From the NCBI GenBank assembly GCA_016748015.1, contig JAAOMT010000665.1:245139-309138 (forward strand): a stretch of 64,000 nucleotides of DNA, given 5' to 3'. The position numbers and the translations under genes are program-made. The notes beneath the pieces were generated by a model. That model did no database searches. It saw nothing but the letters and a program-made list of their open reading frames with translations, and was not told the DNA's origin. Source of the DNA: Geosiphon pyriformis uo1 (taxonomy: Eukaryota > Fungi > Glomeromycota). Below are positions 54,301-64,000 of the stretch, in pieces (positions within the stretch are counted from its first letter, which is position 1; each line of letters opens with the position of its first letter).

Positions 54301-57018
54301 ATTTGATGCAATATACAACAATGCTTTCAATAAACTTTACCACTACCCTCATAATGCTAAAATGATTTTTGACCTAGCAATGACATTGATCAATGAAGCC
54401 ACCCAAGAAGATGTCCACCAAATGAAAGAAGCTAAATACATTGAGTATACCATGGAATTAGCTGGATTTGATTATAAAAATAAAGTAGAAACCTACTACC
54501 AAATTGCAAGCCACACATATCTGACTCAAGAAGCTCAAATTCAATGATTAGAGCAAATGAACATTCAATTGTGTAAAGAATACATCATGCCTTGTGATGA
54601 CAAATGGTGTCCAGAATGCTATGCTCTTAGCATTCTCCTGCCAAAGAAAAATGATGGAAATAAAATCGAATTTGGAGTATCTGAACTGGTAGAAGAATTA
54701 CCAACCACTCTCATCTATTTTCTTGAAAAGCAACCACCTCTACAACTTAAATATTTTGACAACCATGGCCAAAGAATCAGACCAGAAAAAGCACACAAAA
54801 TTAATGCTGGATATGACCTAAGATATTCAGAAAAAGATACTTTGGTTCTTCAACCAAAGTCTTTGACAAAAATCAATCTCAAAATTGCTCTTGAAATTCC
54901 ATCTGGAGCAATGGTTCAAATTGCATCCAGATTATCATTTGCAAGCAAAGGAATCAATGTTAAAGGAGGAGTTATAGATGCAGAATATACTGAAGACATT
55001 ACTATCATGTTACAAAATAAAACAGACAAACCATTCAGAATTGAACATGCTGAGAAAATTGTTCAAGCAATTTATCTACTCTTAATCAACATTTCGGAGT
55101 TATAATCAGTTAAAAACAGAGAACAATTGGGAAAAAGTGAAAGAGGAACTCAAGATTTTGATTCAACTGGATGATTTACAGTTCCAGTAAACATAGCTCT
55201 CAATACACAGAATGAATCTTACCAGATTCTTCAACTTCCCCAACCAATTATTATTTCACCTTTTGGTGAACATCACGAAATTTACACTTGCTTAAAACCC
55301 ACCACTACCCAACAAATCTTTGAATCCAATAAACAAATCTGTTTGAAGCATGAAATCTCAATCCCAAACGTTTATATTTCCAAAGGAATGAAAAAATTTC
55401 AAGTTACATTCTATAACCCCAATAATTACCCCATTGTCTTATTGAACAAACTAGAGATTGGAATCATACACAATAACATTTTTCAAGATGAAAATCCTCA
55501 AATTGTCTCTAATTTCATCGAAATTATAAGACATACACTACTTCCAAATCCAAACATCATTTCTATCACTAAAAACTACCACCTTTTGGAAGAAAAACTC
55601 TCTTGAATCAACATGGATCTCTTGGAATCCCAACAACAAAGACAATTGAAACAATTGATAACTGAATTTGCAGATATATTTGCAAAAGACAACAATAATC
55701 TTGGAAAAACAGATATTGTTCAACACCAAATCCATACAGGAGATGTTCTACTAAAATGACAACAAGCCTATCAAGTTCCACCTGCTAGCCACCAATTTAT
55801 TAGAGAAGAGATCCAAAGAATGCTTAATAATGGATTGATTCAACCATCAAGAAGTCCATAAGCCTTACCAGTAGTTCTTGTCAAAAAAAAAACGGAAAAA
55901 TCAGATTCTGTGTTGATTATTGACAATTAAATAGTATCACAATTAGAGATGCCTACTCTCTCCCAAGAATTAATGACATGTTAGATGCTTTAGGAAAAGC
56001 CAAGTTCTTCTCAACTTTAGACTTGGAAAGTAGATACTGACAAGTCGAAATGGACCCAAAAAATAGATCCAAAACAGCATTTACCACTCAAGAAAGAAAC
56101 TATGAATTCAATATTATGTCTTTTGGACTCTGTAATACATTAGCAACATTTCAACAACTTATGGATGTTGTCTATGAAGGACTCTTATGGCAATCAGTAG
56201 TTGTCTATCTTGACAACACTAATGTATACTCACTAAGCTTTAAAGTCCATCTTATCTACCTGCAAGAAGTTTTTCAATAATTACGAAAAGCAGAATTAAA
56301 GTTGAACATTGAGAAATGTCATTTTGGAAAAACAAGCTTAATTTTTCTTGAACACATAGTTAGTAAAGAGGAAGTTAAACCAAATCCAGGAACAATTAGT
56401 GCTGTCAAAAACTTTCAAACTCCCAGAAATACCACAGAACTACAAGGATTTGTAGGATTAGTCTCCTACTATCAAAAATTCATAAAAAAATTCTCAGAAA
56501 TTGCCAAATCACTCAATTATCTTACCAACAAAAATGTGCCATACAAATAGACAGAAGAACAACAAAAAGCTTTTGAAATCCTCAAAACAAAATTGACAAC
56601 AGCCCCAGTTCTTGCTTATTCAGACTTCAACAAATGGTTTCAACTAGCCACTGATGCTTTACACATAGTTTTTGGTGCCATCCTATCACAATTGGATGAA
56701 AATGGCCAGGAACAAGTCATTGTCTATGCTAATAGAACACTCAAGCCAACAAAACTCAAATATGGCTTAACAGAACTAGAAACTGCTGCAGTTATTTGGG
56801 CTCTCAAACACTTTCAACAATACCTAAAAAATAAAAAAGAGTTTGACATTATAACTGACAATATTGGCCTCAAATGGCTCAATAAAAATAAAAAAAAACA
56901 AAGTGCCAAACAGTCTCGATAGAATGATTTTTTAGCAGACTACAAATATATAGTACATCACAAACTAAGAAAACTACACATCAATGTTGACAGCCTTTTA
57001 AGAATAAAACAATATTAA
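51395..57018 (+). pseudogene. Gypsy gag-pol: capsid, CCHC knuckle, aspartic protease, Cys-rich insert, dUTPase, RT, RNase H
   Basis: KIPEFTGE..QEWL; CHYCEIPGHWKQNC; LILNSG; AGYDL/IASR/GGVIDAEY/RGTQDFDSTG; RFCVDY, KTAF, MSFGL, YLDN; LATDA, ELETAAV, ITDN, NVDSLLR. One frame until a homopolymer indel at about 55890; many stops. Confidence 0.93.
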
Positions 57019-57085
57019 TACCAATATCAATACCAACAAAACACCAACAAACTTAACAGCAAAACAAATAACAAAATTAAAAACA

Positions 57086-58464
57086 ATGGATCCAGAAAAC
57101 TACAACAACATCAAAAACTATTTGGAAACTTTTACCATGTCAGAAAATTGGTTTTCAAGTGAAAAACATCGATTACAATACCAATTCAAACAATATTTTA
57201 TATATCACAACAAAATCTATTACAAGAATCATAAAAATCCAAACCAACCACTCAGATTAGTACAAGAGAATGAAAAAGAAACAATCTTATACAACATGCA
57301 CACAAATTTTTCTTTAACACACTTGGAAAGAGATGGAACAATACCTCTTGAATATTAATTTTGACCTCAAATGCAAAAAGACATTCGACAATATGTAGAA
57401 TCTTGTGATAGTTGTCAAAAAAGAGGAGGAACTCACTCCACAGAACCTTTAAATCCAATCAAAGTTGGACAACCTTTTGACAGAGTTAGAATTGATTTAG
57501 TTGGACCATTACTTATCACAACTCAAGGAAATTGTTATATTGCAGTTGCAGTAGATTATTTCACCAAATGGCATAAAGCTAAAGCCATCCAAAGAGCAGA
57601 TGCAAAATCAGTAGCAAATTTTATCTATGAAGACATTATCTGTAAACATGAATGCCAATTGAACTTTTATCTGATCAAGAAACACATTTTGTGAACAACT
57701 TGATACAAAAAATTTGCGAACAATTCAATGTCAAAAGACTTCTATTATCACCTTATCACTCCCAAACAGATGGACTTGTAGAATGTTTCAACAGAATATT
57801 GTGTGAATTTTTAGCCAAAGTCTCAACAAATTTTGAGCAGGAATGGGATATTTTTATTTCATCAGTATTACTAGCATACAGAACACTAAAACAAGATACT
57901 ATAAAACACACACCATTTAATCTTACTTATGGAAGGACAGCAACATTACCAATTAATTTTACAGTGGAAACATACCCTGTGCAACCAATTAATGAAGAAA
58001 ACTTTCAAAAAACACTCCAAAGAAGGGCCTAGACTCTTTTTAGTATACTGGAAGGAAAAAAAAGAATAGTAGCAACTCATATTGAACATTCGCAAGCTCA
58101 ACAAAAAAAAAGACATAACAACAAATTACCACCCATAACCAACGAATTTAAAGTTGAAAATAAGGTTTTCTTACATAGAACTAAGACTGAAAAACAATAG
58201 AGTGGAAAATTTGAAAACAAATGGGATAGACCATTTTATATCCATGAAATTCTAGACAATGGATCATACAAGTTAAGACTTGATGACAAAATACTAGCAA
58301 AAGTTGCATATGGAGATAGATTGAAACACTATCACTTCAGAAACAATCCTGAATCATTAATTCCACAAATTGGTACACATTCTCCTTTAGTTAAACCTGA
58401 AGATATTCCCCGAAATTTAGAACCAATAATTATAATAAAACAACAGCCAAACTTGAATACTTAA
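57086..58464 (+). pseudogene. Integrase (HHCC zinc finger, DDE core, GPF/SH3-like tail)
   Basis: MH...HL, SCDSCQK, IDLVGPL, VDYFTKW, SDQETHF, PYHSQTDGLVE, KWDRPFYIHEILDNGSYKL. Own ATG in an A-rich context. Confidence 0.92.
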
Positions 58465-58618
58465 ATTCAATATAATTTTACAATAATCCTTTTAATAACA
58501 CACAAAGACAAAAATAATAAATAAATTACAAAAACACACAAACCCAAAAACAAATAAAACCCCATATCCAAAAATAATTTTCTTTATTTTCTTTTTTTAT
58601 TAATTAGTCAATTTTATC

Positions 58619-59326
58619 ATGATTATTCCCTGAAATATTCAACAAATATCCCAAAAATTAATATTAACCTTAAAAACACTTCCTGACTTATCTATAACAA
58701 TTAATGAAAGTCAAATTAATTACATTCAAAAAGAAACCACAGCCCCAATAGTAAATAATTCTCAGAACTACCACTTTTATAGAAGAAAAACAAGAGATCA
58801 TTCTGAAAAAAGATTACCAGAACTTTTGAAGCAAGCACTAAAAGAAAACTTTTTAATTGTCTCTATTGACATTTCACCAAATGCCATAATTTAACAGAAA
58901 CTTCTACTATGTCTTAATGAACAGAACAATGAACATACCTTTATATATAGATATTTTCATATTGGAAAAACACTTTATGAATGAAAACTAGAACTTAAAG
59001 CAACCAACATCACTCCTGAGGCTATACAAAAACAAATTCACAATGAATTTAAGACAGCAGCTGGATCAACAAATACTTATTACAAACTTAGAGCAGCTTT
59101 TAGACTCTATGATTTATTTACCACTTGTGAAAATGTCTTACAAAATCCAATACTCCAACCAATAAAAGTTCAGTATATTGGAAAACTCACAGAACTGAAA
59201 TTTCAACAATTTTCAGACCAAATTACTTCAATTATCTTGGACCACTATCTTAACATCACAGATAATACTTGTACTTTGATAGAGCTCAGTTTTAAGGAAA
59301 AAATTATGTTACCAGTAGAATTTTAG
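58619..59326 (+). pseudogene. Extra 3' ORF of the LTR element (235 codons, unknown function), ending inside the 3' LTR
   Basis: Single frame from ATG 58619 to TAG 59324-59326, with only three internal stops (TGA, TAA, TGA) in very AT-rich DNA. Not in the ORF track. Confidence 0.75.
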
Positions 59327-60041
59327 CTATTAATTAGCATGAAATTACTCTTTTAATTCCTATTATTAATTAGCATACATTATTATTAATTCGATTATCA
59401 CTTATTATTTAATCAAATTTTCAAAAGAAGAGCTTCTCTCTTCAAGGAAATGTATCTTCTCATAGTACCTTATCATAGTATCTTACTTTAGATATCTTAA
59501 TTGAAACAAATTACTTTTTACAAAATCAAATAAAAATTAAATATTTGAAAACCAAATTCTTAAAATTATTACATTTGAAATTCCCTCAAACACAACTAAC
59601 GTTTTGAAATTAATTAGCTACCAATTTCAATAAGCTGTTAGTGACTCCAGGCCTGGATAGAAAATGTTTTTCTTGATAAAATCCTATTTCTTTTACATTT
59701 CTTTTATTTTTTTTTTCTTTTCTTATTACAATTATTAGGGTAGCCTACAGACGAAATTCCTATAGAAGAGTTGACTTTTACAGCAAAGTAACTATACATT
59801 TTTAGTGAGCTTCCAGACGAGCAATTCCTAGGAAAGAGTTGACATTTATTACAACATAACTACATAAAGTAACTGGCAAGGAATTGGCCATTCCACTTAT
59901 AAGCCCAACAGTTCAAATTATAGGAAATAATTTGAAGATAAATTCAGTTACTAAAGGTTCAACTACTTTTAGAAAACGTAAATTTGCAACCAACAGACAT
60001 TTACAATATTCAAGAAAAAAGACCAAAAATCTCCAGTAATA
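59307..60041 (+). repeat. 3' LTR (735 bp; about 240-bp internal deletion relative to the 5' LTR)
   Basis: TGTTACCAGTAGAA...CTCCAGTAATA, preceded by the purine tract AAGGAAAAAA. Confidence 0.93.
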
Positions 60042-60141
60042 GCGTAAGTTGTGTTTAGTGTAAGCCACTTAATTTGGTTTTTTGTACTAGATAGTAATTG
60101 GGCTTCACTCATTAAAAGCTAATAAAAAAAAAATTATAGTA

Positions 60142-61245
60142 TTTTATTGTAATTTTAAAAAAAAATATATATTTATAAAATAGTTTTATAATATATTATT
60201 AAATATTAGTTTTAAATTATTTAAATATAGTATATTTTTAAAAACTGTTTTTTTTAATTATTTTAAATTATTATTGTAAATTTATTAAATTTTTATTTTA
60301 TAATAAAATTATTTAATGTTTTTATTATTTTTTTAGTTATTTTATTAATATATTTATTTTATTATATTGGTATTTTTTAATATAATATGGTTGTAATTGG
60401 TTTTATAAAATTTTTATTTTTTTTTAAAAATATTTAAATATTTTTATATTTGATTTTTTAAATTATTTATAATTATTTTTATATTTAACTTTTTATTTTG
60501 CAGCATTTTAAATAACAATTAAGTAATTATGTAAATATTATTAGTAATTTTTATTTTGTTAATAATTTTTATATACTTATTTTTATTTTGGTAATTAATT
60601 TAATATAAATTGTATTTAATAATAATAATAATTAATTTTAAATCTTATAAAGTTTTATGTTTAATTAATAATATTTTTATATTTAACTATAATATTTGTA
60701 TTAATATTATTTGGCTTAAATATTTTATTTTATTGTTTTTTTTGTTTTAATATAATATAACAATATTTTATTTTTAATCTTGTATTTAATTAGTTTATTT
60801 AGTAATTTGTTATTATGTTTTTTTTTGTTTTTCTTATAATATTCTAATATTTTTAATTATTATTTTTCTTTTTTTTAAAAATTTTATTAATTTATATGTT
60901 TTAAAAAAAACATATTTGTAAATATTGTTTTATTATTAATTTATTTAAATAAATTAATATTTCTAATTTAATTAAATAATATTGTTTTTTTTTATATACC
61001 AATTTAAATAATATATTAATTATTTGATTTTTTTTTTTAATAATTTTATTGTTTTAATATTTTTTTAATATAAGTTTAATTTTTACATATTAAATTATAT
61101 TTAATATATAATTAAACAATAATATAATTATATTATTATTTAAATATATATAATAATAAAAATATATAAGTTTTAAATATTAATTACAAAAAAATAATCT
61201 AATAATTTAATTTAATATATATAATTGTTTTATAATATAATATAT
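60142..61245. repeat. AT-rich low-complexity block
   Basis: Near-pure A/T. Confidence 0.7.
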
Positions 61246-61247
61246 TC

Positions 61248-62652
61248 TATATATAGCTTTGTATAAGGATTTTGTTTTTAAAAACTGGTACTTAAAGGCT
61301 TTGTCAATATTCAAATACACTAAAATTGCAGGCAAAATAATTATTAATAGGATAAGAAATATGAGGATAATTTATTGGACAGAAGTGTGATTGGTAAAAG
61401 CTAAGTTTAAAATAATTTTAGAAAGAAAAAGTTTCATTGTATATAATAATTCAATGCTTTTTACTATTTATAGATTTTTATTTTTGCTTTCTAATAGTAT
61501 TATTAGATTATTTGTATTATAGAAGTATATAGTATTAGTTTTGGTTTTTGTAAACTCTGCAGTTTTTTTTCTGGTATTAATAATTCTGTATTTGTTATAA
61601 TAGATTTATAGTGTTGTTTTAATTGGCCTGAGTGATTAGTTATATGTGAAAATTGCATAATTTGCATCTAGTTTAGATCATTTAGTTTGATGTATTATAC
61701 TAAGTAATATTTGGACTTTACTCATAAAATATTGTTATTAGTAGAATTTTAGTTATTCATTAGCATGAAATTACTCTTTTAATTCTTAGTATTAATTAAT
61801 ATATATTATTATCATTTTAATTATTACTTATTAATTAATCAAATTATTAAATATTATCATTTAATTAATAATTTAATTTGTATTATAAAAATTAAGATGA
61901 TCAAATTACATAATATTTTCAACTATTTAACATTCAAAAATTTGCCAAAATGTATTTTTAGTTTGTCAAAATTATAGCAAAGAAGAAAATTTAAGTTCAT
62001 AGACTAGTATTATAACAAATTGTATAAAAAAAAGCTTCTCTCTTTAAAAAAATGTATATTATCTTCTTTTAAACATCTTAATTAGAAGTAACTATCTCTT
62101 TATATATCTTTACAAATCAATAAAAATAAATATTTAAAAACTCAATTTTTGATTATTATACTTAAAATTTATAAAACCCAACTAATATTTTAGAATTGAT
62201 TAGCTACCAATTTTAGTAATCTGTTAATAACTTCAGATCTGGATATAAAACGTTTCCTTTGACAAAATTATATTTTTTTTATATTTTTTATATTTTTTTA
62301 TATTTTTTTATATTTTTTTATTATAATTATTAGGATAGTCTATAGACAAAATTTTTGCAGAAGAGTTGACTTTTATAGCAAAATAACTACATATTTTAGT
62401 AAGCTTCCAAACAAGCAATTTCTGGGAAAGAGTTAATATTTACTACAATGTAATTACACAAAATAACTAGCATGAAATTGGTTATTCTATTTATAAGCTT
62501 AGCAATTCAAATTATAGAAAATAATTTGAAGATAAATTCAGTTATTGGAGGTTTACTTGCTTTTAGAAAACATGAATTCACAACAAATAGACATTAACAA
62601 CATTCAAGAAAAGAGACTAAAAACCTTTGATAACAGTATTAATAAAAAAAAA
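61248..62652 (+). mobile_element. 5'-truncated LINE 3' end (related subfamily), interrupted by a solo LTR just before its poly(A)
   Basis: Translation YIALYKDFVFKNWYLKALSIF...EV*LVKAKFKIILER matches the ORF2 end of the big LINE (YLVLCKGFVFKNWCEEAVDVF...IWLVKCKHKADMER). The tail AATAAAAAAAAA is at 62641-62652. Confidence 0.8.
61733..62635 (+). mobile_element. Solo LTR of the same Gypsy family, heavily decayed
   Basis: TGTTATTAGTAGAATTTTAG...TTTGATAACA; TSD-like ATAT / GTAT; no PBS or gag downstream. Confidence 0.9.
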
Positions 62653-63347
62653 TTCTATAATAAATATATATATTACATATATTTTTGTTTTTTTATAATT
62701 TTACAACATAAATACAAATAAATATAAAAAATTTATTTTTAATTACAAAGCAAAATATCTAATTATTATAAATAAATAAAATTTTAAACATATTTTAACA
62801 AATAAAAACAAAATAAATAAGCAATAAATATATATTTATTAAAAAATTCAAAATTATTAAAAAAAATTTATATAATAATTATTAAATTAATAAAAAATAG
62901 TTAAACATATTATTAAGTATTTATTTATTAGTTTATTTTAATATTTTTTAAAACCAATATTAAATTTCAAATATGATAAAAAACAGTATATTATTATAAA
63001 AAAACCATTTTTAAATTTAAAATACTATAATTTTTATAATATTATCAAAGTATTTTGCTTTTTAATATTTTTAATTTTTAATTTTATGTGTATTATAAAA
63101 ATATAAACTGTTTTTTTATTTATTAAAGTTATTTTTATCAACTTTTTTGTTAAAAAATTGCCAAAAAACTTAGTAAAATTAATATTATTATAATAATTTT
63201 ATATAAATTTGGCAATTTTGTTAATTATAAGAAGCAAGTTTATTAATAATACAAATTACAATATTTAGTTAAATAAAAAAATAGATTAATAATTTAAAAT
63301 ATTTTTTTGGTTTTTGTTTTTGTTTAAATATTATTTTTTAAAATAAA

Positions 63348-63447
63348 TTTTTTTTTTTTAATATTTAATAAGTAAGACCTAAATGTTACTTAGCACAATA
63401 CATTAAACTAAATGATCTAAACTAGGCACAAATTATGCATTTTCCAC
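63348..63447 (-). mobile_element. LINE 3' UTR and poly(A) on the minus strand, interrupted by an LTR at 63448
   Basis: The reverse complement of 63361-63447 aligns with 61646-61732 (…GCATAATTTG…CTAGTTTAGATCATTTAGTTT…). T12 at 63348-63359. Confidence 0.82.
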
Positions 63448-64000
63448 TGTTACCAGTAGAATTTTAGCTATTAATTAGCATGAAATTTCCTTTATAATTC
63501 CTATCATTAATTAGCATATATTATTATCGTTTCGAATTTCACTTATTATTTAATCAAATTAGCAATTATCATCATTTAATCAATAACCCGATTTGGACCA
63601 TAGAAATTGAGATGATCAATTTACACAATACCCTGAACCATATAACATAGCCAAAATTCGCCGAAATTAATGAAAATTGGCCGAAATAATTCATAGTTCA
63701 GCGAAATAACTTGTAGTTCGCCGAAATGTATCTTTAGTTCACCGAAATTCTAGAAAAAAGAAAAAGTGCAAGTTCAAAGACTAGTACTACAACAAGTTGT
63801 ATAAAAGAAGAGCTTCTCTCTTCAAGAAAATGTATCTTCTCATATCTTACCATAGTATCTTACTTTAGGTATCTTAATTAGAACAAATCACTTTTTACAT
63901 ATCTCAAATAAAAATTAAATATTCGAAAACCAAATCCTTTGATTATTACACTTGAAATTCTCTCAACACAACTAACATTTTGAAATTTATTAGCTACCAA
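63448..64000 (+). mobile_element. Third, least-decayed LTR of the same family, running off the window
   Basis: TGTTACCAGTAGAATTTTAGCTATTAATTAGCATGAAATT..., with CpGs retained. Confidence 0.92.

Larger units (their letters stand above)
50376..60041 (+). mobile_element. Full-length degenerate Ty3/Gypsy LTR retrotransposon carrying dUTPase and an extra 3' ORF
   Basis: Paired LTRs with TGTTA(C/T)...GTAA(C/T)A ends, PBS, purine tract, domain order gag-PR-dUTPase-RT-RH-IN. 4-bp TSD GTGT (50372-50375) / GCGT (60042-60045). Confidence 0.95.
43650..60132 (+). mobile_element. Full-length degenerate non-LTR retrotransposon (LINE with APE, RT and RNase H), split in its 3' UTR by the Gypsy insertion
   Basis: ORF1 and ORF2 are present. 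The 3' UTR resumes at 60042 and ends in AATAAAAAAAAAA (60121-60133). Candidate 9-bp TSD ATTATAGTA at 43641-43649 and 60133-60141. Confidence 0.88.

Noticed and set aside
61646-63447. About 87-bp inverted repeat read as the TIRs of a DNA transposon or MITE
   Set aside because: Each arm ends in a poly(A) tail and one follows LINE ORF2 homology, so they are two tail-to-tail LINE 3' ends.
63657-63748. The LTR motif array as a CRISPR array or heat-shock elements
   Set aside because: Eukaryotic LTR context with very short units, and the spacing is TTC-N3-GAA rather than the HSE TTC-N2-GAA.

Overview
Eukaryotic, intron-rich, AT-rich fungal DNA. Gene content, TE families and the lipase type suggest Glomeromycotina, possibly Geosiphon-like (inference, not searched). 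The window has three compartments. (1) 1-32 kb is a compact housekeeping block: AreA-like two-finger GATA factor, Gemin8, DHHC palmitoyltransferase, KAR5-family nuclear fusion protein, MOCS2A, thiamine pyrophosphokinase, TBC RabGAP, PHD-SET (Set3-like), Josephin deubiquitinase, NatB catalytic subunit and an LRR protein. KAR5 and Josephin are only fragmentary in the ORF track and MOCS2A is absent from it; all three were rebuilt by manual splicing. (2) 32-43.6 kb holds secreted or surface genes between AT-rich blocks, including a catalytically dead class-3 lipase. (3) 43.6-64 kb is a nest of decayed retroelements: a full-length LINE, two more LINE 3' ends, and three insertions of one Ty3/Gypsy LTR family. 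The main candidate discovery is that all three LTR insertions lie in LINE 3' UTRs within about 90 bp of the poly(A) tail. The LTR element is itself unusual: it carries a Cys-rich insert and dUTPase in pol, an apparently separate integrase ORF, and an extra 3' ORF behind a splice-acceptor-like tract. All repeats show strong C>T/G>A decay, including non-CpG sites.
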